Shown piece by piece: positions 10,295-20,868 of a DNA stretch of 64,000 bases (position 1 is the stretch's first letter; each line of letters starts with the position of its first letter). Source of the DNA: an uncultured delta proteobacterium (GTDB taxonomy: Bacteria > Desulfobacterota > Syntrophia > Syntrophales > Smithellaceae). The notes below the pieces were generated by a model. That model searched no databases and was not told the origin of the DNA. It saw only the letters and a list, made by a program, of their open reading frames with translations. The stretch covers positions 320,001 through 384,000 of the forward strand of contig CAVWEH010000002.1 in NCBI GenBank assembly GCA_963753975.1. The letters are read 5' to 3'. The position numbers and the translations under genes are program-made.

Positions 10295-10550
10295 CTATTT
10301 CGGATTTTGCAGAACATCGGCCAGACCGGACCTGCGGGAAATACCTTCTAAAATTGCCCCAGCCAGCAAATCTTCACTCGCCCATATATCCACTTCTTTT
10401 CGCGCGCGGGTGATTCCTGTATAAATAAGCTCTCTGGTAATAACGTTAATATCATGATCGGATAAAGCCAGCAAACCCCCTTTCGAATTCCGATCCCCGG
10501 CTTTTATGAACGGTCATTGCCTACACAGTTTCGTGTCTCGGCAGAATGTA
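10295..10550 (-). pseudogene. recD: recD (exodeoxyribonuclease V alpha) C-terminal remnant
   Basis: Manual translation: YILPRHETV*AMTVHKSRGSEFER /frameshift/ VLLALSDHDINVITRELIYTGITRARKEVDIWA...SRRSGLADVLQNPK*; absent from the ORF track. Confidence 0.85.
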
Positions 10551-10624
10551 GTCCTTATATAACATTTTTTCTGTCGATCAACAAAAAATTGCCGCGAGAA
10601 TGTTTAACCGTTATTGCCGCTGGC

Positions 10625-10653
10625 TTGACTATAATATAGCTCAAGCATATATT
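10625..10653 (+). promoter_or_regulatory. Putative sigma70 promoter for the aldehyde dehydrogenase
   Basis: TTGACT-17 nt-TATATT. Confidence 0.5.
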
Positions 10654-10698
10654 AGTTGAAAGTTATATGCCAATGTAATAATCCTAACGGAGGTCGAA

Positions 10699-12081
10699 AT
10701 GGAAGGAATCTCTTTCCCTAATCTTTTAAAATCACAAAAAGAATTTTTCCGGTCGGGAAAGACACGTGACCTTAACTTCCGCGTCGCAGCGTTAACCAAG
10801 CTTAAAAATATTATCCAGGCGCGGGAGAAAGAAGTCTTAGAGGCGATATATGAAGACCTTCATAAAGTCTCCATAGATGGTTATGCTACAGAGATTTCCG
10901 GAGTGTATGATGAGATCAAATATGCTCTGGGTAATGTTCGATCATGGGTCAAGTCTGAAAAGGTTGAAACTCCGATTTTTCTTTTGCCTTCCAAAAGCTT
11001 CGTGCAAAAAGATCCTTACGGCGTCGCGCTGATCATAGCTCCTTGGAATTACCCCTTTCAGCTTCTGATGACTCCGCTTATCGGCGCGATTGCAGCCGGA
11101 AACACAGCGATTCTCAAACCATCGGAAATTTCAGCCAACACGGCGGCAGTAATGGAAAAAATTATTAATACTGCTTTCCCTGAAGAATATTTGTATGTAG
11201 TGCAGGGCGGTGCGGTGGAAACACAGGCGCTTTTGGATTTGTCTGTCGATTATATATTTTATACCGGCAACTCTTCCGTAGGTAAAATCGTGATGAGCGC
11301 GGCAGCCAAGAATTTGACTCCTATCACCTTGGAGTTAGGCGGCAAAAGCCCAGCAATCGTGCATGAAGACGCCAATTTGACGCATGCAGCGCGCAAAATA
11401 GCCTGGGGAAAATTCATGAATGCCGGGCAAACCTGTATAGCTCCGGATTATGTTCTGATTCATATAAAGCAAAAAGATAAATTCATGGAAGAACTAAAAA
11501 AAGCGATACAGGATTTTTACGGTGAAAACGCCGCGGCTCATCCACGATATTGCCGAATAATCAACGACCGGCACTTTCAGCGCTTGAGCGCTCTACTTGA
11601 CGCCAAAAAAATTGTCTACGGCGGAAATGCCCGTCCAGCTGATCGTTATATTGAACCCACAATCCTCTATCCCGTGGAATGGAGTGAACCAATTATGCAG
11701 GATGAAATCTTCGGGCCTATTTTGCCGCTACTTACATACTCCGACCTTGATGATATAATCCGAAGAATTAACGAACGGCCGAAACCTTTGTCACTTTATC
11801 TGTTCAGCGATGACCAATCGGTACAAAAAAAAATCACCGAAGAAATTTCTTACGGAGGCGGCGCTATTAATAATACTATCTTTCATTTTGTGTCCCATTT
11901 TCTGCCCTTTGGAGGAGTCGGTACCAGCGGGATGGGCTCCTACCACGGAAAAGCCAGCTTCAACACATTTACTCATTTTAAAAGCATCCTTAAAAGTTCG
12001 AGCATAGTTGATCCGGCGGCGTCAGCTGTCGCGCCTAATAAAAAATTTTTCCTGAAACTTTTTAGAAAGTTAGTTAAATAA
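10699..12081 (+). CDS. Aldehyde dehydrogenase (ALDH3/YwdH-like)
   Basis: PWNYP, LELGGKSP, NAGQTCIAPD, EIFGP, PFGGVG. Confidence 0.95.
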   Translation: MEGISFPNLLKSQKEFFRSGKTRDLNFRVAALTKLKNIIQAREKEVLEAIYEDLHKVSIDGYATEISGVYDEIKYALGNVRSWVKSEKVETPIFLLPSKSFVQKDPYGVALIIAPWNYPFQLLMTPLIGAIAAGNTAILKPSEISANTAAVMEKIINTAFPEEYLYVVQGGAVETQALLDLSVDYIFYTGNSSVGKIVMSAAAKNLTPITLELGGKSPAIVHEDANLTHAARKIAWGKFMNAGQTCIAPDYVLIHIKQKDKFMEELKKAIQDFYGENAAAHPRYCRIINDRHFQRLSALLDAKKIVYGGNARPADRYIEPTILYPVEWSEPIMQDEIFGPILPLLTYSDLDDIIRRINERPKPLSLYLFSDDQSVQKKITEEISYGGGAINNTIFHFVSHFLPFGGVGTSGMGSYHGKASFNTFTHFKSILKSSSIVDPAASAVAPNKKFFLKLFRKLVK

Positions 12082-12100
12082 AATCTGGTATAGAAAATTT

Positions 12101-15100
12101 ATGTTGCACATTCTGGGAATAGATATCGGCTCGGTTGCTCTTTCCGTGGTCACCCTCGATGAGAATGGAGATTTTCTCGACTCCTCGTACCGGTTTCACC
12201 GGGGCGCGATAGTCGAAACCCTGCACTCCATGCTTGCCGGTATCGATATTCGTCAGGTCGGCAACATCGCCATGACTCTTTCAGGTCCTCGCGTGTTGGA
12301 AAACGTTCCGCGTTACGACACGCAGATTGCCGTCATCGCCGCTGCTAAGAAATATCATCCTGATGCAGGAAGTATTCTCTTTGTTGGAGGAGAAAATTTC
12401 GGACTCATCACCTTCACAGATGAAGGAGATTACGATCGCTATCGCTCCAACACCTCCTGTGCTGCCGGCACAGGCAGTTTTCTCGATCAGCAAGCGAAAA
12501 GGCTCAATCTCAGAAGCATCGATACACTGAGTTCGGTCGCTTTCTGCAACCGCGAACCTACTCCCAAAATCGCGACCCGCTGCGCCGTCTTCGCCAAAAC
12601 CGACCTAATTCACGCCCAGCAGGAAGGCTACTCGATAGGACAGATCAGCGACGGACTCTGCGAAGGGTTAGCCAGAAATGTCATCGACACTTTAATCCCG
12701 GACCAAAACATCAGGACTCCATTGGTACTCGCCGGCGGTGTGGCGATGAATCAGGCCGTGGTTAAACATTTTCGCCATCTTTTACAGACCAATCCGGTCA
12801 TCGATGAACATAGCCATCTCTATGGAGCAATAGGCGCGGCTCTCCTGTGTCTGGAAGAATCAACTCGCAAGCCACTGAAGATAAATTCCTGGAATGCACT
12901 TTTTAAAAAAGAAAAAAAAGAAAAATCCTACGGCTACCCTCCTTTATCCCTCTCGCTCTCGAGTTATCCCGAATCTACAAGCCGCGAAAGTTATATCTTT
13001 GAGCCGGCAAATAACCATGCCACAGTGGAAGTGGATATTTATGGAGTAATAAACAGGAAGCAGAATGCGTATCTGGGCATCGATATCGGCTCCACCAGTA
13101 CGAAGGCGATCTTAATCGGCGAAAACAATAAGGTCTTGGCTGGCGTCTACACCCTTACATCCGGCCGGCCTCTCCAGGCTCTGCAGGCTCTATTGGAAGC
13201 CATCGAAAATATCGGCAGGGAAGCTGATTCCGATTTGACTTTCCTGGGCGTGGCAACTACAGGCTCCGGACGCAAGTTCATCGGACGCATTATCAAGGCC
13301 GACTTAATTATTGACGAGATCACCGCCCATGCACGCGCCGCTTTTGAGCTCGATAATCACGCAGACACGATCATCGAAATCGGCGGACAGGACTCGAAGT
13401 TCACCAATATGAAGAACGGAATGGTGACCTTTTCCGTTATGAATAACGTTTGTGCCGCGGGAACAGGAAGCTTTATTGAGGAACAGGCCGTCAAACTCGG
13501 CGTGCCCCTTTCCGAATATGCCGCGAGAGCAATTAATAGGCCCTCTCCCGTCGCCAGCGATCGCTGCACGGTTTTTATGGAGCGCGACATCAATAATTAT
13601 CTTACGGAGGGATATTCGGCAAATGAGGTTCTGGCGAGTGTCCTGCATTCCGTCTGTGAAAATTATCTGGCAAAAGTGGCAGTCGAGGCCAATATCGGAG
13701 AGAGGATTTGTTTTCAGGGGGCAACGGCACGCAACAAGGCGCTCGTTGCCGCTTTCGAGCAGCGGTTGAAAAAGCCCATCTTCGTTTCCCAATTCTGCCA
13801 TCTCACGGGAGCTCTGGGAAGCGCATTGATTCTGGCGGAAAGCGCGATAAATAATTCGCAATTCCGCGGTTTGTCGCTTTACCGGGAATCTATTCCTGTT
13901 GAAAACGAAGTCTGTGAACTCTGTCATAACAACTGCAAAATAAACAAGGTCACGGTGCAGGGCGAAACAGTTGCTTTCGGTTTTCTCTGCGGCCGCGATT
14001 ATGACACCAAGCACTATGTGGGACCGGCGCGTCGTCAGTATGAACTCATCGGTGAACGAAGCAAGATCTTTCACGTGCCAGCGAAGAAGTCATTTAAGAA
14101 GCCTGTGAAGATCGGCATTCCCAACGCGCTTTATCTTTCTGAAGAAATGCCTCTCTGGAAACATTTCTTTTCCACACTGGCTGTCGAAACCGTAACCGAC
14201 AGCGACTTCAAAGGCGCCATTAAATCGGGCAAGAAAATCTCGGGCGCTGAATTCTGCGCTCCGATGAGCGCGTTCTTCGGCCATGTGCAAAATCTGGTCG
14301 GTAAATGCGACTACATCTTTCTGCCCGTCTATCTCCAAGCGAGCAAGACAAAAGAAGAAACATACAGATATTATTGTTATTACACGCAATTTGCTGCGAC
14401 TCTGGCGGCCGGCATCAAGAGTCTGAGCTTAAAGACTAAGGCGATTATGCCGGTTGTCGATCACTATTCATTCCAATCCAGAATCGAAATGTTTTCCCTT
14501 CTAAAAACGGTTTTGCAGGCGAATTACTGGGAAATTTATCATGCTTACGAGGCCGCTCTCTCCTTTTACAGCGGCGGTCTCGCCAAACTCGTCAATGTTT
14601 ATCAAAGAGAAATGCCCGGCGAAAATGAAATAGGCGTAACTCTGCTCGGCAGGCCTTATTCCATTTTGCAAAAGACCATGAACAAAGGCATACCGGACAT
14701 TTTAACCAGCCTCAATATTAAGGCCTTTTATCAGGATATGCTGCCGCTGGCGGAAAACGATTTTTCCGAAATCGATCCTCTCCTCAAAAGACTCCACTGG
14801 AACTACGCCGCCAAAATCATAAAAGCCGCATTTTATACGGCGCACACTCCCGGGCTTTATCCGGTTTATGTAACTTCGTTTAAATGCGGCCCCGATTCCT
14901 TCACCATCGAATATTTTAAACGTATCATGGATAAATTCGGCAAGCCCTACCTGATCCTGGAGCTGGATGAACACGACTCCAACGTCGGCTATGAAACACG
15001 AATCGAAGCCGCCATCCGCTCGTTCCGCAATCACAATAAGAACAGGACGATTCGCTTGCTGCCGTCGCACGAGCTTTCGTTGAATTCGGAATGCGTAACT

Positions 15101-16306
15101 AAAATAAAAGATAAGACGCTTCTTTTCCCCTGTATCGACCCGCTGAGCTCGAAGCTGGTGGAAGCCGTATTCATCAAGGAAGGCGTCGACGCACGCCTGG
15201 TACCGCTGACTGAAAAGACGATAAAGCGCGGTCTCCGAACGAATTCGGGACAATGCCTTCCCGTCAATCTTATCGCCCAGAGCTATATTGATTACATTGA
15301 AGAAAATCTTCTCGATCCCGGACAAACAGCAGCCTGGTGCTTCGAAAGCCATATGGCCTGCAACATCAGAATGTTTCCGCAATTGATCAAAGCAATAATA
15401 GAGTCCGCCGGAAACGGTCTCGAAAATGTGGAAGTTTATATCGGAAACTTATCGCTCACGGATATCTCGGTACAGGCTTCCATCGAAACATATTTTGCCT
15501 ATCTCTTTGGCGGAATGCTCCGAAAAATCGGCTGCAAGATCAGGCCCTACGAAAGGGAAAAAGGGACGACGGATAAAGTCATCGCTCAATCCCTGAATAT
15601 CTTCTACAAGATGTTGCTCGGCGGAAGAAACAAGGATGAAGATGTGGCCAAGGTCATCAATCTTTTTCAGAAGATCGAAATCGTGCCTGAGAAACGTCCG
15701 AAGATTGCGATATTCGGCGATTTATATGCGCGCGATAACGACGTCTTTAATCAAGACCTGATTCATTGCATCGAAGAATACGGCGGAGAGGTGATCACGA
15801 CGCCCTTCAATGAATTTGCCAAACTTATCGTCAATCCCTACATGCGGCGCTGGTTTATGGAGGGAGAGTTCATGGATGTCATCTATGCGAAAACGCTGAT
15901 CACTTTCGCCAACCAGCTCGAGAAAGGCTACTACAAACTATTCAACGAATTGCTGCATGAACCGTCTCTCGAAACTAATATTGATTATAAAGAAATATAC
16001 GACGTTTTTAATCTGAAAGTGCAGCACTCCGGAGAATCCGCCGACAACCTGCTTAAAATCGCCGCCCTCATCCGGCACTATCCCGACATATCTCTATTCG
16101 TTCAGACAAGCCCCGCTTTTTGCTGTGCGGGACTGGTTACCGAAGCGATGGCGCCGCGCATTGAAGAGTACTCGGGAATTCCCGTGGTCACGCTCAACTA
16201 CGACGGCACGGGCAAAAATATAAACCAGAAAGTGCGCCCGTATGTCAAATTCCCTCGCAAAAACCACTCGCTGAAGGCCATGCAGTTCCGATTGAGCACT
16301 TCCTGA
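12101..16306 (+). CDS. Multidomain acyl-CoA dehydratase activase (two BadF/BcrAD ASKHA domains plus DUF2229-like region)
   Basis: GIDIGS twice, CAAGTGSF twice, RCAVF/RCTVF, EIGGQDSK, SFKCGPD, GYETRIEA. Confidence 0.9.
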   Translation: MLHILGIDIGSVALSVVTLDENGDFLDSSYRFHRGAIVETLHSMLAGIDIRQVGNIAMTLSGPRVLENVPRYDTQIAVIAAAKKYHPDAGSILFVGGENFGLITFTDEGDYDRYRSNTSCAAGTGSFLDQQAKRLNLRSIDTLSSVAFCNREPTPKIATRCAVFAKTDLIHAQQEGYSIGQISDGLCEGLARNVIDTLIPDQNIRTPLVLAGGVAMNQAVVKHFRHLLQTNPVIDEHSHLYGAIGAALLCLEESTRKPLKINSWNALFKKEKKEKSYGYPPLSLSLSSYPESTSRESYIFEPANNHATVEVDIYGVINRKQNAYLGIDIGSTSTKAILIGENNKVLAGVYTLTSGRPLQALQALLEAIENIGREADSDLTFLGVATTGSGRKFIGRIIKADLIIDEITAHARAAFELDNHADTIIEIGGQDSKFTNMKNGMVTFSVMNNVCAAGTGSFIEEQAVKLGVPLSEYAARAINRPSPVASDRCTVFMERDINNYLTEGYSANEVLASVLHSVCENYLAKVAVEANIGERICFQGATARNKALVAAFEQRLKKPIFVSQFCHLTGALGSALILAESAINNSQFRGLSLYRESIPVENEVCELCHNNCKINKVTVQGETVAFGFLCGRDYDTKHYVGPARRQYELIGERSKIFHVPAKKSFKKPVKIGIPNALYLSEEMPLWKHFFSTLAVETVTDSDFKGAIKSGKKISGAEFCAPMSAFFGHVQNLVGKCDYIFLPVYLQASKTKEETYRYYCYYTQFAATLAAGIKSLSLKTKAIMPVVDHYSFQSRIEMFSLLKTVLQANYWEIYHAYEAALSFYSGGLAKLVNVYQREMPGENEIGVTLLGRPYSILQKTMNKGIPDILTSLNIKAFYQDMLPLAENDFSEIDPLLKRLHWNYAAKIIKAAFYTAHTPGLYPVYVTSFKCGPDSFTIEYFKRIMDKFGKPYLILELDEHDSNVGYETRIEAAIRSFRNHNKNRTIRLLPSHELSLNSECVTKIKDKTLLFPCIDPLSSKLVEAVFIKEGVDARLVPLTEKTIKRGLRTNSGQCLPVNLIAQSYIDYIEENLLDPGQTAAWCFESHMACNIRMFPQLIKAIIESAGNGLENVEVYIGNLSLTDISVQASIETYFAYLFGGMLRKIGCKIRPYEREKGTTDKVIAQSLNIFYKMLLGGRNKDEDVAKVINLFQKIEIVPEKRPKIAIFGDLYARDNDVFNQDLIHCIEEYGGEVITTPFNEFAKLIVNPYMRRWFMEGEFMDVIYAKTLITFANQLEKGYYKLFNELLHEPSLETNIDYKEIYDVFNLKVQHSGESADNLLKIAALIRHYPDISLFVQTSPAFCCAGLVTEAMAPRIEEYSGIPVVTLNYDGTGKNINQKVRPYVKFPRKNHSLKAMQFRLSTS

Positions 16307-16335
16307 AAGAGCCCGATTATATTCCGTCGTTTATT

Positions 16336-17478
16336 TTAGCTGCTCTTTTCCATGTCATGCAGCTCCATCTTCACCGCCAGCAGCGCCAGCATGTCTTTGA
16401 GCGTAATGATGCCCACAAGCCGATCTCCCTCGGTGACAAACAACCGGCTGTTCCGCGTACGGCTCATAATTTCCAGTGCCTTGTTAGCGTCTTCATCCGG
16501 CCCGATCGTCATCGCTTCGCCGCAGGACGCCGCAACAGCTCCCACGGTTTGCGTCGACCAGTCTTCGCGGGGAACCCCCGCCACACTATTAACCGAAATA
16601 CAACCCACCAATTTCCCATAGGAAAGCACGGGATACACCTGGAAATGATGCTTGTAGACATATTCGTTAACGAATTCACTAAGCGAAATGGAACGGGGAA
16701 CCGTCAAAGGATCTCGCACCATCAGGTCTTTCACCTTCTTAGCCTGAAAAACACCGCGCGCCAGAAGCTGCTGATACGACTGCTGCGCAGCCGCCCTGAT
16801 AAAAAGACCGATCATGAGCCACCAGAGGCCGCCGATGAAATTGCCCATGAATATGGAAATTACTCCGAGGATGATCAGGCCGATCCCCAAACCCGATCCG
16901 ATTCTCGATGAAATCGCAGTAGCCCAGCGCAGGTCTTTCTTCCAGCTCCAGAGCGCCGAACGCAGCACTCTTCCGCCGTCCAGAGGAAAAGCCGGCACCA
17001 AATTGAATGCCGCCAGAACAAGGTTCAGCCAGGCTAGATACGCTAAAACACCCTCAATCGTCACCGGCCAGCCGTTTTGTTTTCCCCAAACAAGGATGGA
17101 GAATAAAACCAAACCGATTGCCACGCTGGACAAAGGACCGACAACAGCCATGAAGAATTCAGTCCGCGGATTGGCCGGATCGTTTTCCATTTCGGCAACT
17201 CCGCCGAAGATGAACAATGTGATGCCCTTCATGGAAACGCCGTATCTTCTGGCTACAAGCGAGTGCGCCAATTCATGCAGAATGATCGAAATAAAAAGCC
17301 CTGCGGCGCCCGCCGCTCCCATCCACCAGTAGGATGACGTCGAAAGACCTTTGTAATATTCAGGGAATAGACCAGTGGCCAGCGACCAGGTGATCAAAGC
17401 CGCAAGAATAAGCCAGCTTACATCAACCTTTATTTCAAATCCAAAAAGTTTGAAAAGACTTACGGGTCGACCAAACAT
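16336..17478 (-). CDS. Site-2 protease (M50) with tandem CBS domains
   Basis: HELAH, FNLVPAFPLDGG, C-terminal CBS pair. Confidence 0.93.
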   Translation of the reverse strand: MFGRPVSLFKLFGFEIKVDVSWLILAALITWSLATGLFPEYYKGLSTSSYWWMGAAGAAGLFISIILHELAHSLVARRYGVSMKGITLFIFGGVAEMENDPANPRTEFFMAVVGPLSSVAIGLVLFSILVWGKQNGWPVTIEGVLAYLAWLNLVLAAFNLVPAFPLDGGRVLRSALWSWKKDLRWATAISSRIGSGLGIGLIILGVISIFMGNFIGGLWWLMIGLFIRAAAQQSYQQLLARGVFQAKKVKDLMVRDPLTVPRSISLSEFVNEYVYKHHFQVYPVLSYGKLVGCISVNSVAGVPREDWSTQTVGAVAASCGEAMTIGPDEDANKALEIMSRTRNSRLFVTEGDRLVGIITLKDMLALLAVKMELHDMEKSS

Positions 17479-17712
17479 AATAACTCCTTATTAAACATTT
17501 GTCTTTTAAGATAACCTCTATATCGTAAAAATCAATGTATTAAATTGCAATTTATAAACAAATCCAGTAAAATGCAAAGTATAATTATTCCTGTTAAACT
17601 GAAGATAATGAAACTTTCTGGCAATATCCGGTATTCGCCTCTATAATGAGACACGGAGGTTAAAGAGGAAATGGTCAATCCTCAACAGACAAGTTTTCCC
17701 GAGGAGACATCT

Positions 17713-18195
17713 ATGACAAAATATCTACTGTTTTTGATAACATTGATTTTCGTTTTTTATGGAACGGCAAACGCCGATTTTTATAAATGGGAAGACGAAG
17801 CCGGAACTGTTCATATAACAGACTATCCGCCTCCCGAGACCGCTTCCTCGAAAAAGGTTGAAGTTCATAAATATCAAGATGACAATACCCCTGTACAGCA
17901 AGACCAGGAGGAGGAAGAAGCACCTTTCAAAGATTCCAAATCAAAAAAGAATAAAAAACCGGAAGTAATTCTTTATACCAAAGACGAGTGCAAGGATTGC
18001 GATAGTGCTCGCGAATTTCTAAAATCCAAAAAAGTTTTTTTTCAAGAATATAATATGGACCGCGATAAAGAGGCTGTCGCACAAAGAAAGGAAATAGATG
18101 ACAGCACAGAGGTCCCTTTCGCGATTATCAACAGAACTCAAGTATATGGATTTTCGGAAAGTGTTTACAATCGAGCGCTGCAACTTACTCCTTAA
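17713..18195 (+). CDS. Exported DUF4124 plus glutaredoxin-like protein
   Basis: GAGGAG RBS before ATG 17713; signal peptide, YKWEDEAGTVHITDYPP, CKDC motif. Confidence 0.85.
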   Translation: MTKYLLFLITLIFVFYGTANADFYKWEDEAGTVHITDYPPPETASSKKVEVHKYQDDNTPVQQDQEEEEAPFKDSKSKKNKKPEVILYTKDECKDCDSAREFLKSKKVFFQEYNMDRDKEAVAQRKEIDDSTEVPFAIINRTQVYGFSESVYNRALQLTP

Positions 18196-18204
18196 GAAAG
18201 ACAA

Positions 18205-18996
18205 ATGAAAACTTTAATTTATTTTTATACCGGAACGGGTAATTCTCTGTGGACAGCGAGAAAGCTCTCCGAGCAGCTAGGAAACACTGAACTTTATCCC
18301 CTGACTCTTGCAGGCCAAGAATCAATTCATCCGCACGCGGAAAACATTGGCCTTGTCTTTCCTGTACACATTTGGGGTTTGCCTTCGCTGGTTATTGACT
18401 TTGTCAACCGTTTGGAAGTGAAACCGGCAAAATATTATTTTGCGATAGCGGTTAATGCCGGGCAGGTTGCTGCTGCTCTGCTGCAATTGAAGAAAATGAT
18501 GAAGACACGGGGTCTTGACCTCTCCGCAGGATTCTCCATCAACTTACCCAGTAATTACATTCCCTGGGGAGGTGCTCCGGCACAAGGAAAACAGCAGAAA
18601 AAATTCAACGAAGCCCGCGAAAAAATTGGTCTTATTCCAGCTATTATTAAAGCTAAAGAAACAAGAAATCCTGATATGGGCCCATTATGGCAAAATATTT
18701 TGTTTTCGGCATTATATCGAGTGTCCTTTCCACAAATACCGAAAATGGATAAATCGTTTTGGGCTGACGCTAAATGTACCGGCTGCATGATATGCGAGAA
18801 AATCTGTCCGGTCTGGAATATATTGATGAGCGAAGGCAAACCTACCTGGCAGCATCATTGCGAACAATGCTTTGCCTGTCTACAATGGTGTCCGGAAGAA
18901 GCAATCCAATACGGCAAAAACACTAAAGGGAAGAAGCGCTACCATCACCCCGAAATCAAGCTGCAAGATATGCTCGCCTGCGTTCCTAAGAAATAA
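18205..18996 (+). CDS. EFR1-family flavodoxin-fold / 4Fe-4S ferredoxin protein
   Basis: YFYTGTGNS, CTGCMICEKICP, CEQCFACLQWCP, RYHHP. Confidence 0.9.
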   Translation: MKTLIYFYTGTGNSLWTARKLSEQLGNTELYPLTLAGQESIHPHAENIGLVFPVHIWGLPSLVIDFVNRLEVKPAKYYFAIAVNAGQVAAALLQLKKMMKTRGLDLSAGFSINLPSNYIPWGGAPAQGKQQKKFNEAREKIGLIPAIIKAKETRNPDMGPLWQNILFSALYRVSFPQIPKMDKSFWADAKCTGCMICEKICPVWNILMSEGKPTWQHHCEQCFACLQWCPEEAIQYGKNTKGKKRYHHPEIKLQDMLACVPKK

Positions 18997-18999
18997 TTT

Positions 19000-19072
19000 G
19001 AAGCTCTCCACGGCAAGCTGCGGAGAATCTTCGATTCTTAAGGGACAATATGATTCAGTATGCGCTCGCCAC
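19000..19072. repeat. Palindromic element between convergent genes (possible IS200/IS605-type end remnant or terminator)
   Basis: Imperfect hairpin GAAGCTCTCC-ACGGC-AA-GCTGC-GGAGAATCTTC; shares GCAAGCTGCGG with 23401-23411. Confidence 0.45.
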
Positions 19073-19082
19073 CGAATTCAAT

Positions 19083-20672
19083 TTAAGGCAGCTTTATTTT
19101 TTGACCGGATAATAACGGGTCACTACTCTTCATATTATTGAGTTTACATAATTCTTGGACAGTTACGGAATTATGTTTGGCCAAAGAAAAAAGGGTGTCT
19201 CCTTTTTTCACCTTATGAATTCTGGAAGGTTTTTTCCGATTACTATATTTGTTCTTTTGACCTGATGAGGTAGATTTATTATCTCCTGTTTTATTCGTCG
19301 GCACCAATATTTTCCGACCGACAAAAAGCTGATCTTGTAATTTTAAGTTATTGAGCTTCAAGAGAACGGCGACTTTTGTATTAAAATGCCGCGCCACAGA
19401 ATGAAGCGTATCACCATGTTTTATTTCGTAATAGGTTGTAGCTATCTCTTTATTATTTTTTACTTCTTTTTTTTCACCCGCCTCATTAATTTCATAGTTA
19501 TTTTTCAGGGCATCATTACCTTGACTAACGGAAGCAGTGCCGGATAAATACTCCTTCACTGAAGAGGCAACTGCTACTGCCAGTTTCTTCTGAAAATTGC
19601 GGTTTCTTAACAAATTTTCTTCGCGCGGATTTGATATGTAGGCCGTCTCGATTAAAACTGCCGGAATATCGGGCAACTTCAATACGTTAAAAGGAGCTTC
19701 CTGAACGCTTTTATATTTTAAACAATTAATTCTATTGAGATGATTTATTAAAGTATCGGCATAAGTTTTCGACAAATTAATTGTATTTGTTTGAAACATA
19801 TTTAATATGATCGGATTGTATTCATTTTTGCCTTCACTTCCAGGCACACCGCCGATTATATCCGACAAGTTTTCATTATTAGCTAAAAGTTTGGCGGCCT
19901 CATTGCTGGCACCGCTGGTGGATAGGCAATAGACTGTGCTGCCTTTGGCTTTACGGTTTCTGGCGGCATCGGCATGGACGCTGATAAACAGGCTGGCATC
20001 TAAATTCTTGGCTACCTGCAGCCTCTTGTTAAAAGAAACGTAATAGTCTCCTTCCCGGGTTAAAACTGCGCGGTACCCCGGCATTTTATTAATTTCTTTT
20101 TTAATTTCGCGGCTGATTGAAAGTACAATATTTTTTTCATAAACTCCCCTCTTGGCCACTGCACCCGGATCATCACCGCCATGCCCGGGATCAATTACAA
20201 TAATTTTTTTCTGCTTAAACATCGGGGTCTGCTCTTCGACAATTTCTTCTACGGGGGCTTCCCGCAAAAATATATCCACAACAATCCGGTCCGGCCTATC
20301 CTGAAACTTCTTGAGCTTAAAGACTTCCGCTTTCCGGTACTTATCCAGAATTAATTCAATTTTTACGCCGTTTTTATTAATATGATAAAAAACAAGTTTT
20401 TTAATTCCCGGCTTATTTAAGATAATTTCCTGCGGGATAGATTTATCTAAGGAGGCGTCCTTAAAATTCAAAACGAGCAGATTTTCACTTTCCCGGACAT
20501 CACAAACGGATTCGTTATCCACATCCAGAACAATTCGAGTATGATCAGGCGCAGTCCAATACCGAATATTGAGTATTTCTACGGACGCATAACAATTACT
20601 GTAGGTCAAAGCTGCTACTATAATAGTCAGGCAATAAATAATTTTCTTTAAAAGCGATTTTGCTTCATTCAT
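19083..20672 (-). CDS. N-acetylmuramoyl-L-alanine amidase (AMIN + Amidase_3 + two LysM)
   Basis: RYWTAPDHTRIVLD, IDPGHGGDDPGA, SVHAD, LIETAYISN, two GDTL LysM motifs. Confidence 0.93.
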   Translation of the reverse strand: MNEAKSLLKKIIYCLTIIVAALTYSNCYASVEILNIRYWTAPDHTRIVLDVDNESVCDVRESENLLVLNFKDASLDKSIPQEIILNKPGIKKLVFYHINKNGVKIELILDKYRKAEVFKLKKFQDRPDRIVVDIFLREAPVEEIVEEQTPMFKQKKIIVIDPGHGGDDPGAVAKRGVYEKNIVLSISREIKKEINKMPGYRAVLTREGDYYVSFNKRLQVAKNLDASLFISVHADAARNRKAKGSTVYCLSTSGASNEAAKLLANNENLSDIIGGVPGSEGKNEYNPIILNMFQTNTINLSKTYADTLINHLNRINCLKYKSVQEAPFNVLKLPDIPAVLIETAYISNPREENLLRNRNFQKKLAVAVASSVKEYLSGTASVSQGNDALKNNYEINEAGEKKEVKNNKEIATTYYEIKHGDTLHSVARHFNTKVAVLLKLNNLKLQDQLFVGRKILVPTNKTGDNKSTSSGQKNKYSNRKKPSRIHKVKKGDTLFSLAKHNSVTVQELCKLNNMKSSDPLLSGQKIKLP

Positions 20673-20868
20673 TACGCTTTAAAATATCAAATTTATTCAA
20701 GAACTGCAACCGCTAGATAGAAAAGATATTGACAAGTACTTTATATAATGTCATTTTCCGAGGCGAAAATAAGAAGTATTTGACGAAAATCAGATATGTC
20801 TTTCCCGGGTTTAGATTTTTTTGAAAGGCTCCATCGTCACCGGAAAGACTAAATAACTGAGAATATCT

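Noticed and set aside
13304..15382. Long antisense ORFs (256 and 226 aa) inside the activase gene, and similar ones in clpB, hppA and lsrF
   Set aside because: These are shadow frames opposite well-supported genes.
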